DNA of 39,128 nt from Cloacimonetes bacterium UBA5456. GTDB taxonomy: Bacteria > Cloacimonadota > Cloacimonadia > Cloacimonadales > Cloacimonadaceae. Positions 8,839-15,877 of this stretch are shown piece by piece. The position numbers and the translations under genes were made by a program. The notes beneath the pieces were generated by a model that worked only from the letters and a program-made list of their open reading frames with translations, was not told where the DNA came from and ran no database searches. Location: NCBI GenBank assembly GCA_002427325.1, contig DIQS01000033.1, forward strand, positions 37,396-76,523, written 5' to 3'. Numbering within the stretch: position 1 is the first letter of the stretch; every line of letters starts with the position of its first letter.

Positions 8839-9113
8839 GGAAATCACTATTAATCCTGCTCTTCGCTTTACTTGGAATCGGCTTCCTTTCCGCCCAATAT
8901 ACAGGAGGCGGCTACATCAATGCTGAGGGAGTCTATGTAGAAGAAGAAGAGTTCGTAATTGAGTTGAGGGACATGGCTCCCGACTCTGGAATCTATAAAA
9001 TCAAATTAGATACCTTTTTCATGAGCTATAAATATAGGATGGAGCTCACGGATGAGTGTGTCGAAGAATACAGTGAAGAATTACTAAATACATGGCTTAA
9101 GGAGTCAAAATGA
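8835..9113 (+). CDS. Small (92 aa) secreted protein of unknown function, translationally coupled on both sides
   Basis: AAGGAGG lies 7 nt upstream of the ATG. ATGA overlaps the giant gene stop at 8835-8838 and the exbB start at 9110-9113. Signal peptide MRKSLLILLFALLGIGFLSAQ. Confidence 0.7.
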   Translation: MRKSLLILLFALLGIGFLSAQYTGGGYINAEGVYVEEEEFVIELRDMAPDSGIYKIKLDTFFMSYKYRMELTDECVEEYSEELLNTWLKESK

Positions 9114-9874
9114 AAAAGAAACTTAACATCCTGATAATGGTATCTCTGCTTTTAAGCATGGGTATGCTGTTTGCACAAGAGACTGAAGCTGCTGCTGCCC
9201 CAGCCCCTACTGGCAGTGTCAACTTTATCGAAATGTACACCACAAGCGGATTTTTCGCTCATCTCATCGCAATTGTCGTGCTAATTGGCTTAGCAATGGC
9301 AGTAGTTCGCTACATGCAGTTGTATGTGCGCGAGAAGATTGATGCTGAAAAGTTTTTCTTAAAGCTTAAAAACTTTATCAAAAACGATCAGATTGACGAA
9401 GCCATTAAGGTTGCCGGTGAATTCCGCGGAACTACAATGGGCTTTATTTTCTGGAGCGGCCTAACTGTTTATAAAGATGTACGCAAATCCGGTAAAACCG
9501 GCGAAGAAGCTCGCATTTCAGTACAAAATGCTTTTGACGAAGCTGTTCTCCAAACAGTTCACAAACTTGACGGCGGCCTTTTCTGGTTTGATACCCTTGC
9601 TCAGATTGCCACCTATCTCGGTCTTCTGGGAACCATTTGGGGCTTGATCGCATCTTTTAGCAGCTTGAGTGGTCTCACCGGTGCTGCTGCAAACGTAGCT
9701 CTTACAAATGGTATTCAAATGGCAATGGGAACGACAGCTCTCGGTTTGTTCGGTGCAATCCCGCTCACGCTTCTCAAAGGCTGGTTCTTCACCCGTGCAT
9801 CCAATATCATTAACAATATTGATGAATACAGCGTTAAACTCGTAAACCACATCAACAACTATATTAAGGGCTAA
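9110..9874 (+). CDS. exbB: MotA/TolQ/ExbB family proton-channel protein with an N-terminal signal peptide
   Basis: 254 aa. SD AAGGAG. Three TM segments follow a cleavable-looking leader (MGMLFAQETEAA). The family hallmark LGLLGTIWGLIASF is followed by the GIQMAMGTTALGLFGAIP helix. Confidence 0.9.
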   Translation: MKKKLNILIMVSLLLSMGMLFAQETEAAAAPAPTGSVNFIEMYTTSGFFAHLIAIVVLIGLAMAVVRYMQLYVREKIDAEKFFLKLKNFIKNDQIDEAIKVAGEFRGTTMGFIFWSGLTVYKDVRKSGKTGEEARISVQNAFDEAVLQTVHKLDGGLFWFDTLAQIATYLGLLGTIWGLIASFSSLSGLTGAAANVALTNGIQMAMGTTALGLFGAIPLTLLKGWFFTRASNIINNIDEYSVKLVNHINNYIKG

Positions 9875-9878
9875 GAGC

Positions 9879-10406
9879 ATGGCAGTATATCGTCCTTCGC
9901 AGGCGAGGCAACAAAAGGGCCAGACAGCACCTCAGGAACCAAATTTGATTCCTATTATGAACCTGTTTCTAACCATCATTCCGTTTTTGCTTTTGATGGT
10001 GACGATCTCACAGGTTGCGCTGGTCGCCCTTAATTTTTCCTCGGATGGAGGCGGAGGTGGAGAAGGTGGCGGAGATGGTGGCGGTGGCGATAAAGCCAAG
10101 CAAATCGAAATTCATCTCATGCTGACGGATAACCAAGCCTTGGGACTTTTCCCCGGCATGGAAGTTCGAGAGCCTGGTACTGACACTGTTAGATTACCTT
10201 GGGTACGCGAGAATATCTATGATTTTGACGGTTTAAATACTCTTCTGAAAGCAATGAAAGAGCGTAATACAAGTACTGAAGAAATCAGCATTGTCGCCCA
10301 CAATGATGTGATCTACGACACTTTGATCCGCACGATCGACCTCTGCAAAGATAATGGCTTTAGTACCGTCCATTACAAAAGCCCAAGAAGTACTTATTAT
10401 TATTAG
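9879..10406 (+). CDS. exbD: ExbD/TolR family protein (paralog 1) with a poly-Gly insert after the TM helix
   Basis: 175 aa. NLIPIMNLFLTIIPFLLLM is the ExbD-type N-terminal TM motif. The C-terminal ISIVAHNDVIYDTLIRTIDLCKDNGFSTVHY is the typical periplasmic domain. The insert is SSDGGGGGEGGGDGGGGDK. Confidence 0.85.
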   Translation: MAVYRPSQARQQKGQTAPQEPNLIPIMNLFLTIIPFLLLMVTISQVALVALNFSSDGGGGGEGGGDGGGGDKAKQIEIHLMLTDNQALGLFPGMEVREPGTDTVRLPWVRENIYDFDGLNTLLKAMKERNTSTEEISIVAHNDVIYDTLIRTIDLCKDNGFSTVHYKSPRSTYYY

Positions 10407-10426
10407 GAAGGGGGAGGATAAATATT

Positions 10427-10960
10427 ATGGCATTAAGAAGTTCCAAGCCCGGAACCAGAGTAGTCAGAAAAAAAGCTGATGATGTTCAAGGTCTTTCCAT
10501 TACATCGCTTTTGGACGTTCTGACGATTATCTTGGTTTTCCTCATCAAAAACGTATCGATGGAAGCCGTGAAGATTTCCGAATTGCCCGATATGATATAT
10601 CCGACTACTATCACCACTGAGAATTTGATGGAAAATGCAGCCGTGACACCTGTTAAGATCTATACAGATCGTGTCCTTTTGGGTAATGATAACCAATTAC
10701 TCGGAAGCCCTGCAGACCTCACCGAAAACCCTCAGGTGCGCTCGGATATGGTAAACTATTTGCGCTATGAATTCAACGTCATCCCAGAAGACAAAAAAGA
10801 TGACGCCTGTTTGATAGTGCAATCGGATTCAAATATCCCTTGCGGATATATCACGGAAATCGTTGGCGCAGCTGTCGGCACCGGTTTTGCGAATATTTAT
10901 TTTGCAACATTAGAAGATGAACAATGGCTACAACACCATGTTTCTTCTACTGGAAAATAA
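10427..10960 (+). CDS. exbD: ExbD/TolR family protein (paralog 2)
   Basis: 177 aa. SD GGGGGAGG. LSITSLLDVLTIILVFLI is the TM motif. CLIVQSDSNIPCGYITEIVGAAVGTGFANIYFAT is the periplasmic domain. Confidence 0.85.
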   Translation: MALRSSKPGTRVVRKKADDVQGLSITSLLDVLTIILVFLIKNVSMEAVKISELPDMIYPTTITTENLMENAAVTPVKIYTDRVLLGNDNQLLGSPADLTENPQVRSDMVNYLRYEFNVIPEDKKDDACLIVQSDSNIPCGYITEIVGAAVGTGFANIYFATLEDEQWLQHHVSSTGK

Positions 10961-10970
10961 CGGAGGTCAG

Positions 10971-12389
10971 ATGGCAAAGATATTAAGTTTAAGACTCAAC
11001 TATAAAGATAAGTTCCTGGATTATGCCAAGGAAGGTAAAGAGATCAAAAAGAGCTTTACCGTTGGATCTAACAAATTCATGCAATGGCAAATCCTTGATC
11101 CCAAGTTCCCGGACAAACACGTCTTAGTCAAAAAGAAAGGCGGGGAATATGTTTTGAACATGCTACCCGGCGCAAAGCTGAGCGTGGAAAAAGGAGGCAA
11201 TTCTGTAGATGCAAATTATCTAAAACAGAACAATTTGCTCTCCATGAACGAGCTTACCCTCAAAGAAGACATGAAGGGAACCCTTTCTCTGGCTCCCGAT
11301 TGGGAAGTGGAGTTTGAATACAGAACCCCTTGGGTTGTCGTGCTTACTCCCGAAGAAAAGGCAATTGTAGCCCAATATGCTCGCAGAGCAAGACCGGATG
11401 CAGTAGCCCGATTTAATCGAACCGTAATTTTACTTGTGTTGGCACTTACGATAGTATTCAGCATTATATTTGAGTTATTCCTCAAACCTGAATATAAAAC
11501 GCAAGCTGACACTATTTCTGAACTGTTACAATCGATGGAACAAAAAGCCCAAAAAGTGGAAGTATCAAAGCTTGATGCACCCACAACCGGTTATGATGTG
11601 CCCCCACCCGTTGAAGAAGTGACGGGAGATGATGCAGCTCCGACCACCGGTGCTGCAAGCTCAGGGGCTGCAAGACCAAGTGGACCCTCAGGTTTGGGGG
11701 CTGCAATGGGAGGATTTGATCCTAATGCAGTTTCTGCTGCTCCCACAATCTCCATCGTCACCGTTGCAACCGGATTCGCCGTAAACCGTCCCGGTGGCGG
11801 AAGACCCGGAAGCGGAAGTGGAACAGGCGGCAGTGGTGCAGGCGGTGGCGCAGGTAGTGCAGGAACCGTCTTTGATCCCACCGCATTGCCGGTCTCCGGT
11901 GATGTTGGAAGCGTGGCAACTCAAGGTCCTCGCACCAGTGGCTCACTTACTCGCCCCGAAGGCGCTGTCGGCACACACGTAACAGGAGACGCAAGTAAAC
12001 TTGCACCCAGCGGAAAAGCTTGGGGAGACATCGTAGCCCAACAAAGGATCGAAGCTGAATACAGGCAAATGGGACTTAGCACCGTTACAGAAGCTTCAAT
12101 CGGAACCTTGGATGAAGCAGGAAAAGCAAAGTATGCCAGTCTCAAAGACCAAGTCGAATCTCGCAAAGGACAGATCGAAACTGTCTATAGAGAGATGCAA
12201 ATCAGACAAAGCGTAAGCTTCACCATCACCATCTTTGTTGGAGCAGACGGCTCCGTTCGCGAATCAAAAGTAGTGCCAAATGGACAATATCCTGAAGCAT
12301 TCGTCGCGAAAGTAAAACAAGTTGTCGATAGCTGGAGATTCAACGTAAGAGAAGCAATGCCATATCAATTCCGCATGCGTGCTGGTTGA
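10971..12389 (+). CDS. TonB_C-type energy transducer-like protein with an ~150-aa FHA-like cytoplasmic N-domain, one TM helix and a long Gly/Pro/Ala/Ser linker
   Basis: I prefer the ATG at 10971: GGAGG lies 4 nt upstream, it sits 10 nt after the exbD stop, and the track start at 10917 would overlap exbD. TM helix VILLVLALTIVFSIIFELFL. The linker is about 180 aa of low complexity. The C terminus SFTITIFVGADGSVRESKVVPNGQYPEAFVAKVKQVVDSWRFN resembles TonB_C. Confidence 0.75.
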   Translation: MAKILSLRLNYKDKFLDYAKEGKEIKKSFTVGSNKFMQWQILDPKFPDKHVLVKKKGGEYVLNMLPGAKLSVEKGGNSVDANYLKQNNLLSMNELTLKEDMKGTLSLAPDWEVEFEYRTPWVVVLTPEEKAIVAQYARRARPDAVARFNRTVILLVLALTIVFSIIFELFLKPEYKTQADTISELLQSMEQKAQKVEVSKLDAPTTGYDVPPPVEEVTGDDAAPTTGAASSGAARPSGPSGLGAAMGGFDPNAVSAAPTISIVTVATGFAVNRPGGGRPGSGSGTGGSGAGGGAGSAGTVFDPTALPVSGDVGSVATQGPRTSGSLTRPEGAVGTHVTGDASKLAPSGKAWGDIVAQQRIEAEYRQMGLSTVTEASIGTLDEAGKAKYASLKDQVESRKGQIETVYREMQIRQSVSFTITIFVGADGSVRESKVVPNGQYPEAFVAKVKQVVDSWRFNVREAMPYQFRMRAG

Positions 12390-12418
12390 TAAGCATTACA
12401 ACCATATATAAACAACAT

Positions 12419-12446
12419 GCCCCGCTATCATGGCGGGGCTTTTTAT
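12419..12446 (+). terminator. Rho-independent terminator closing the envelope operon
   Basis: GCCCCGC (12419-12425), loop tatcatg, GCGGGGC (12433-12439), then TTTTTAT. It begins 30 nt after the stop at 12389. Confidence 0.8.
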
Positions 12447-12536
12447 ATTCCTGCGATTCTTATAACGAAACCAGAGCATCGGTCTTGTTTCCATCTGCAA
12501 TCGCCCAAATAATGAACTATACACTAAGCTTTGCTA

Positions 12537-12565
12537 TTGACAAAAACTCCCGCTCGCGGATATTG
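12537..12565 (+). promoter_or_regulatory. Candidate sigma70-type promoter immediately upstream of priA
   Basis: TTGACA (12537-12542), 17-nt spacer, ATATTG (12560-12565). The priA ATG at 12571 is only 5 nt downstream of the -10 hexamer. Confidence 0.35.
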
Positions 12566-12570
12566 AAGAT

Positions 12571-14910
12571 ATGCATTATTACAAGGTCTATCTCCCTCTT
12601 GGAATCCAAAAAGATTTCAGCTATGCCAGCAAGGACAAGCTCCCTTTTGGCGCGCGCGTCGTCGTCCCCTTGAAAGCCAAGCCCATGATGGGGCTTTGCG
12701 GCGAAGAAGTGCGCTCCGAGGGCTATAAATATCGCGAGATAATCGAGGTGCTTGATGATGAGTCCATCCTTCCGCTGGAACTCTTTGAACTCGCCAAATG
12801 GATGGCAAACTACTATCATCTCAGCATCGGCAGAGTGCTCTTTGCCATGCTCCCCTCCCGTCTGCAGATAGACATCGATGCAAAGATTAGCTGGATCAGC
12901 GAAACAAAACCGCCACACGCCCGATTTGAGCCGTTATATGAGGCGTTAAAAGGCCAAGACGAGCTACGTCTCTCCCAGATCAAAAAACAGCTTAAAAACC
13001 AAGCTATATACGCTCTCTGCGAAGAGGCCTTTGACCTTGAACTCATCAGCTACAAGAGCAAATTACGCCGGCGAGACAAGCCCAAAGTGCGCAATTTTAT
13101 CCGCATTATCCAGCACGATTTTGACGAAGACAAGCTCCCCCTCAGACAACGCGAAGCGTGGGAACTCATCAAAATCGAGAGCGAGCCCTTCCCCATGGCG
13201 GATGTTAGCAACCTCATAAGTTATAGCGCCATCAAAGCTTTGGTGAGCAAAGGCATCATCGAAATCTTCCAGCGCGAACTTCGCGAAGCAGAGCTTTTGC
13301 GAGATACCGGCGCCAAAGCCAAGGACATCGTGCTAAATGACGAACAAAACACCGCCATCGCCGAGATGTCCGAAAACTTTGGCAAATATGGAGTTCACCT
13401 GCTTTATGGCATCACGGGCAGCGGCAAGACCGAAGTCTATATCGAGATGATCCGCAAATATCAGAAAGTAGGCAAATCCGTAATCTTTCTCATCCCGGAA
13501 ATCGCGCTCACCCCTCAAATGTTGGATAGATTTGACAGCAGCTTCGGCGATAGTCTCGCTGTATTGCACAGCCAACTCACAGATGCACAACGCTTTAACC
13601 AATGGCAAAACATCCGCAGCGGAAAATGCAAGCTGATCATCGGAGCACGTAGCGCCATCTTTGCGCCCGCCGTGGATCTCGGACTCATCATCGTGGATGA
13701 AGAACACGAACAGAGCTATAAACAAGACAATAGTCCTCGCTACAACGGCAGGGATATGGCAATCGTGCGCGGCAAATTGCAAGGCGCACAGGTGATTTTA
13801 GGCTCCGCCACGCCCTCCTTGGAAAGCTGGAACAACGCCCTCGAAGGACGCTACACCCTGCACAAGATGATGAATCGCCCGCTGGATTTCTCCTTGCCCG
13901 AAGTGAAAATCATCGACATGCGCGATGCTCACAGCAAAGAGATCATCGGCGAAGAACTCAGCGAAGCCATTGCCGATAGATTAGACAAAAACGAGCAAGT
14001 GATACTCTTTCAAAACAGGCGAGGCTACTCCTCCTTCGTGCAATGCCTAAAGTGCGGTGAACTCGTGAGTTGTCCCAATTGCGAGATCGGCATGCACTAT
14101 CACCGTGATCGCGAAGAAATGCACTGCCACTATTGCGGACACTTCTATCCCAGCCCCAGACGCTGCCCTAAATGCGGCTCTTTTTCCTTTGCCTATGGTT
14201 CGCCGGGAACCCAAAAGGTGGAGCAAACCCTCAAGCTGCTCTTCCCCTCCGCCCGGATTTTGAGGCTGGATAGCGATAGCTCGTCCACCAACCTGAAAAG
14301 CATGTATAAACGGATGAAGAACAGGGATATAGACATTCTCCTCGGCACCCAGATGATCACCAAAGGACTGGACTTTCCACTCGTCACCTTGGTGGGCATA
14401 ATCAACGCCGATATCGCGCTGAATATCCCCGACTTCCGCTCTGCTGAACGTAGTTTTCAGCTCATCACGCAGGTTGCCGGACGCAGCGGACGCGCCGAAC
14501 GAAAGGGCGAAGTCATCATCCAAACCTTTAACCCCGAACACTATGCCATCCGCTATGCCAAAGAGCAAAACTTCTGTGATTTTGCAGAAATTGAGCTGAG
14601 ATACCGCAAAAAACTCTATTATCCGCCATATTATCGCCTTGGGCGCATGCTCTTTCAAAGCACGGATATACAACAACTTAAGGCGGAGATGCTCCTGCTT
14701 TCGGAAACGTTGCCCAAAAGAGACGGAAGCCTCCTTATCCTTGGTCCCGTGCAGGCGCCGATTCCTAAAATCAATATGATGCACCGTTATCACATCATCA
14801 TCAAAGCGCAGTCTCCTGCCATCCTCAAAGACGCCATAAAACACATCGAAAACAACTTCAAAAGCAAGCTAAAACCGCAAATTGACATCGATCCCGCGAT
14901 TCTCATGTAG
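12571..14910 (+). CDS. priA: Primosomal protein N' (replication restart helicase PriA)
   Basis: 779 aa. Walker A GITGSGKTEVY, DEEHE box, Cys-rich zinc region CLKCGELVSCPNCEIGMHYH...HCHYCGH...CPKCGS, and helicase C motifs (QVAGRSGR). Confidence 0.95.
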   Translation: MHYYKVYLPLGIQKDFSYASKDKLPFGARVVVPLKAKPMMGLCGEEVRSEGYKYREIIEVLDDESILPLELFELAKWMANYYHLSIGRVLFAMLPSRLQIDIDAKISWISETKPPHARFEPLYEALKGQDELRLSQIKKQLKNQAIYALCEEAFDLELISYKSKLRRRDKPKVRNFIRIIQHDFDEDKLPLRQREAWELIKIESEPFPMADVSNLISYSAIKALVSKGIIEIFQRELREAELLRDTGAKAKDIVLNDEQNTAIAEMSENFGKYGVHLLYGITGSGKTEVYIEMIRKYQKVGKSVIFLIPEIALTPQMLDRFDSSFGDSLAVLHSQLTDAQRFNQWQNIRSGKCKLIIGARSAIFAPAVDLGLIIVDEEHEQSYKQDNSPRYNGRDMAIVRGKLQGAQVILGSATPSLESWNNALEGRYTLHKMMNRPLDFSLPEVKIIDMRDAHSKEIIGEELSEAIADRLDKNEQVILFQNRRGYSSFVQCLKCGELVSCPNCEIGMHYHRDREEMHCHYCGHFYPSPRRCPKCGSFSFAYGSPGTQKVEQTLKLLFPSARILRLDSDSSSTNLKSMYKRMKNRDIDILLGTQMITKGLDFPLVTLVGIINADIALNIPDFRSAERSFQLITQVAGRSGRAERKGEVIIQTFNPEHYAIRYAKEQNFCDFAEIELRYRKKLYYPPYYRLGRMLFQSTDIQQLKAEMLLLSETLPKRDGSLLILGPVQAPIPKINMMHRYHIIIKAQSPAILKDAIKHIENNFKSKLKPQIDIDPAILM

Positions 14911-14924
14911 CAAACACGGCTAAA

Positions 14925-15030
14925 CCACTGCTTCCCTATTGATTACTGCTTAGCGTGCGCTCATGATATGGTCATGCCCATGACCACATCATGACCATAT
15001 CATGACCAGAACCCAGTAAGGAAGCAGTGG
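14925..15030 (+). repeat. Copy B (complete) of the ~106-nt palindromic intergenic repeat
   Basis: The outer stem is CCACTGCTTCC (14925-14935) with GGAAGCAGTGG (15020-15030). The inner perfect 16-bp stem is TCATGATATGGTCATG (14961-14976) with CATGACCATATCATGA (14990-15005). Three tandem 11-mers follow: CATGACCACAT, CATGACCATAT, CATGACCAGAA (14979-15011). The copy sits between the convergent priA and MBL genes. Confidence 0.85.
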
Positions 15031-15093
15031 GAAAAAGCCAAAACATGCGATATGGAAAGGCAGAAAAATGAGGAGAAAATTGACGAAAAAAAC

Positions 15094-15870
15094 TTAAATA
15101 TCGATGAGCGGAGTGTGAAAATCTTGAGAGGCAACCATCAGTTTTGCATCGCTGCGAATGCTCTCCAAATAGCTTTTCATGGAGCTATATGCCAATTCAG
15201 GAGTGTTATTTTGCTCCGAAAGATGCGCAAGAACCACGTTTTTCAGCCCCTCGTGCATCACTTGCGAGATCAGCCCAATCGCTTCTTCATTGGAAAGATG
15301 CCCGAGATTGCTGCTCACTCTCTGCTTTAATTGCCATTCATAGGGACCATTTATGAGCATCTCGTGATCGTGATTACTCTCCAAAATCAAGGTGCTGGAG
15401 CCCTGAAGTTTTTGCAGGGTGAGGCGATGAGCAAAGCCTAAGTCTATAGCTACTCCCAGCTTACGCTCGTCATATTCAAAACAAAAGTTGTTGCTGTCCG
15501 CCGCATCGTGAGAGGAATAAAAGGGACGAACAAGAATATTGCCAATCATAAAATCTGTGCCGCTCTCAAAATATTGCAGATAGTCGTCCACTTTTCCCAG
15601 CTTGTGGGCAGAATATGAATAGGTGTCCGCCGAGATGAAAAGCGGAATATTGAGCTTGCGGCAAAGGGCGCCGGCACTGCGGGCATGGTCGGTGTGCTCA
15701 TGCGAAACAATCACAGCTTTGATGATGGAATGCGGTTGCCCTAATTCATCTAAAGCATTGAAGATGCGCTTCATACTAACGCCGGCATCGAGGATTATCC
15801 CCGTATCTCGGCTGCGCACGAAGATGCTATTCCCCCTGCTCCCGCTGGCAAGAACGGATGTTTGAAACAT
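15094..15870 (-). CDS. MBL-fold metallo-hydrolase (YycJ/WalJ-like)
   Basis: 258 aa. N terminus VLASGSRGNSIFVRS...GIILDAGVS, the zinc motif SHEHTDH, and downstream D/H residues typical of the beta-lactamase fold. Confidence 0.85.
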   Translation of the reverse strand: MFQTSVLASGSRGNSIFVRSRDTGIILDAGVSMKRIFNALDELGQPHSIIKAVIVSHEHTDHARSAGALCRKLNIPLFISADTYSYSAHKLGKVDDYLQYFESGTDFMIGNILVRPFYSSHDAADSNNFCFEYDERKLGVAIDLGFAHRLTLQKLQGSSTLILESNHDHEMLINGPYEWQLKQRVSSNLGHLSNEEAIGLISQVMHEGLKNVVLAHLSEQNNTPELAYSSMKSYLESIRSDAKLMVASQDFHTPLIDI

Positions 15871-15877
15871 CGCTGGG

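Noticed and set aside
10917-10970. Upstream start for the TonB-like gene (MNNGYNTMFLLLENNGGQ)
   Set aside because: It overlaps the exbD 3' end and has no SD. The ATG at 10971 has GGAGG at ideal spacing.
11591-11982. Cluster of 60-100-aa ORFs on both strands
   Set aside because: They all fall in the GC-rich DNA encoding the Gly/Pro/Ala/Ser linker of the TonB-like protein, where stop codons are rare in every frame.
14047-14844. 265-aa minus-strand ORF inside priA
   Set aside because: It is antisense to a strongly supported PriA reading frame. It has no motif, no RBS, and a composition typical of shadow frames.
14979-15011. Tandem 11-nt CATGACCANAW units considered as a mini CRISPR array or plasmid iterons
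   Set aside because: There are only three contiguous units without spacers, and they are embedded in a larger palindromic repeat that recurs four times. There are no cas or rep genes. I treat them as part of the repeat element.
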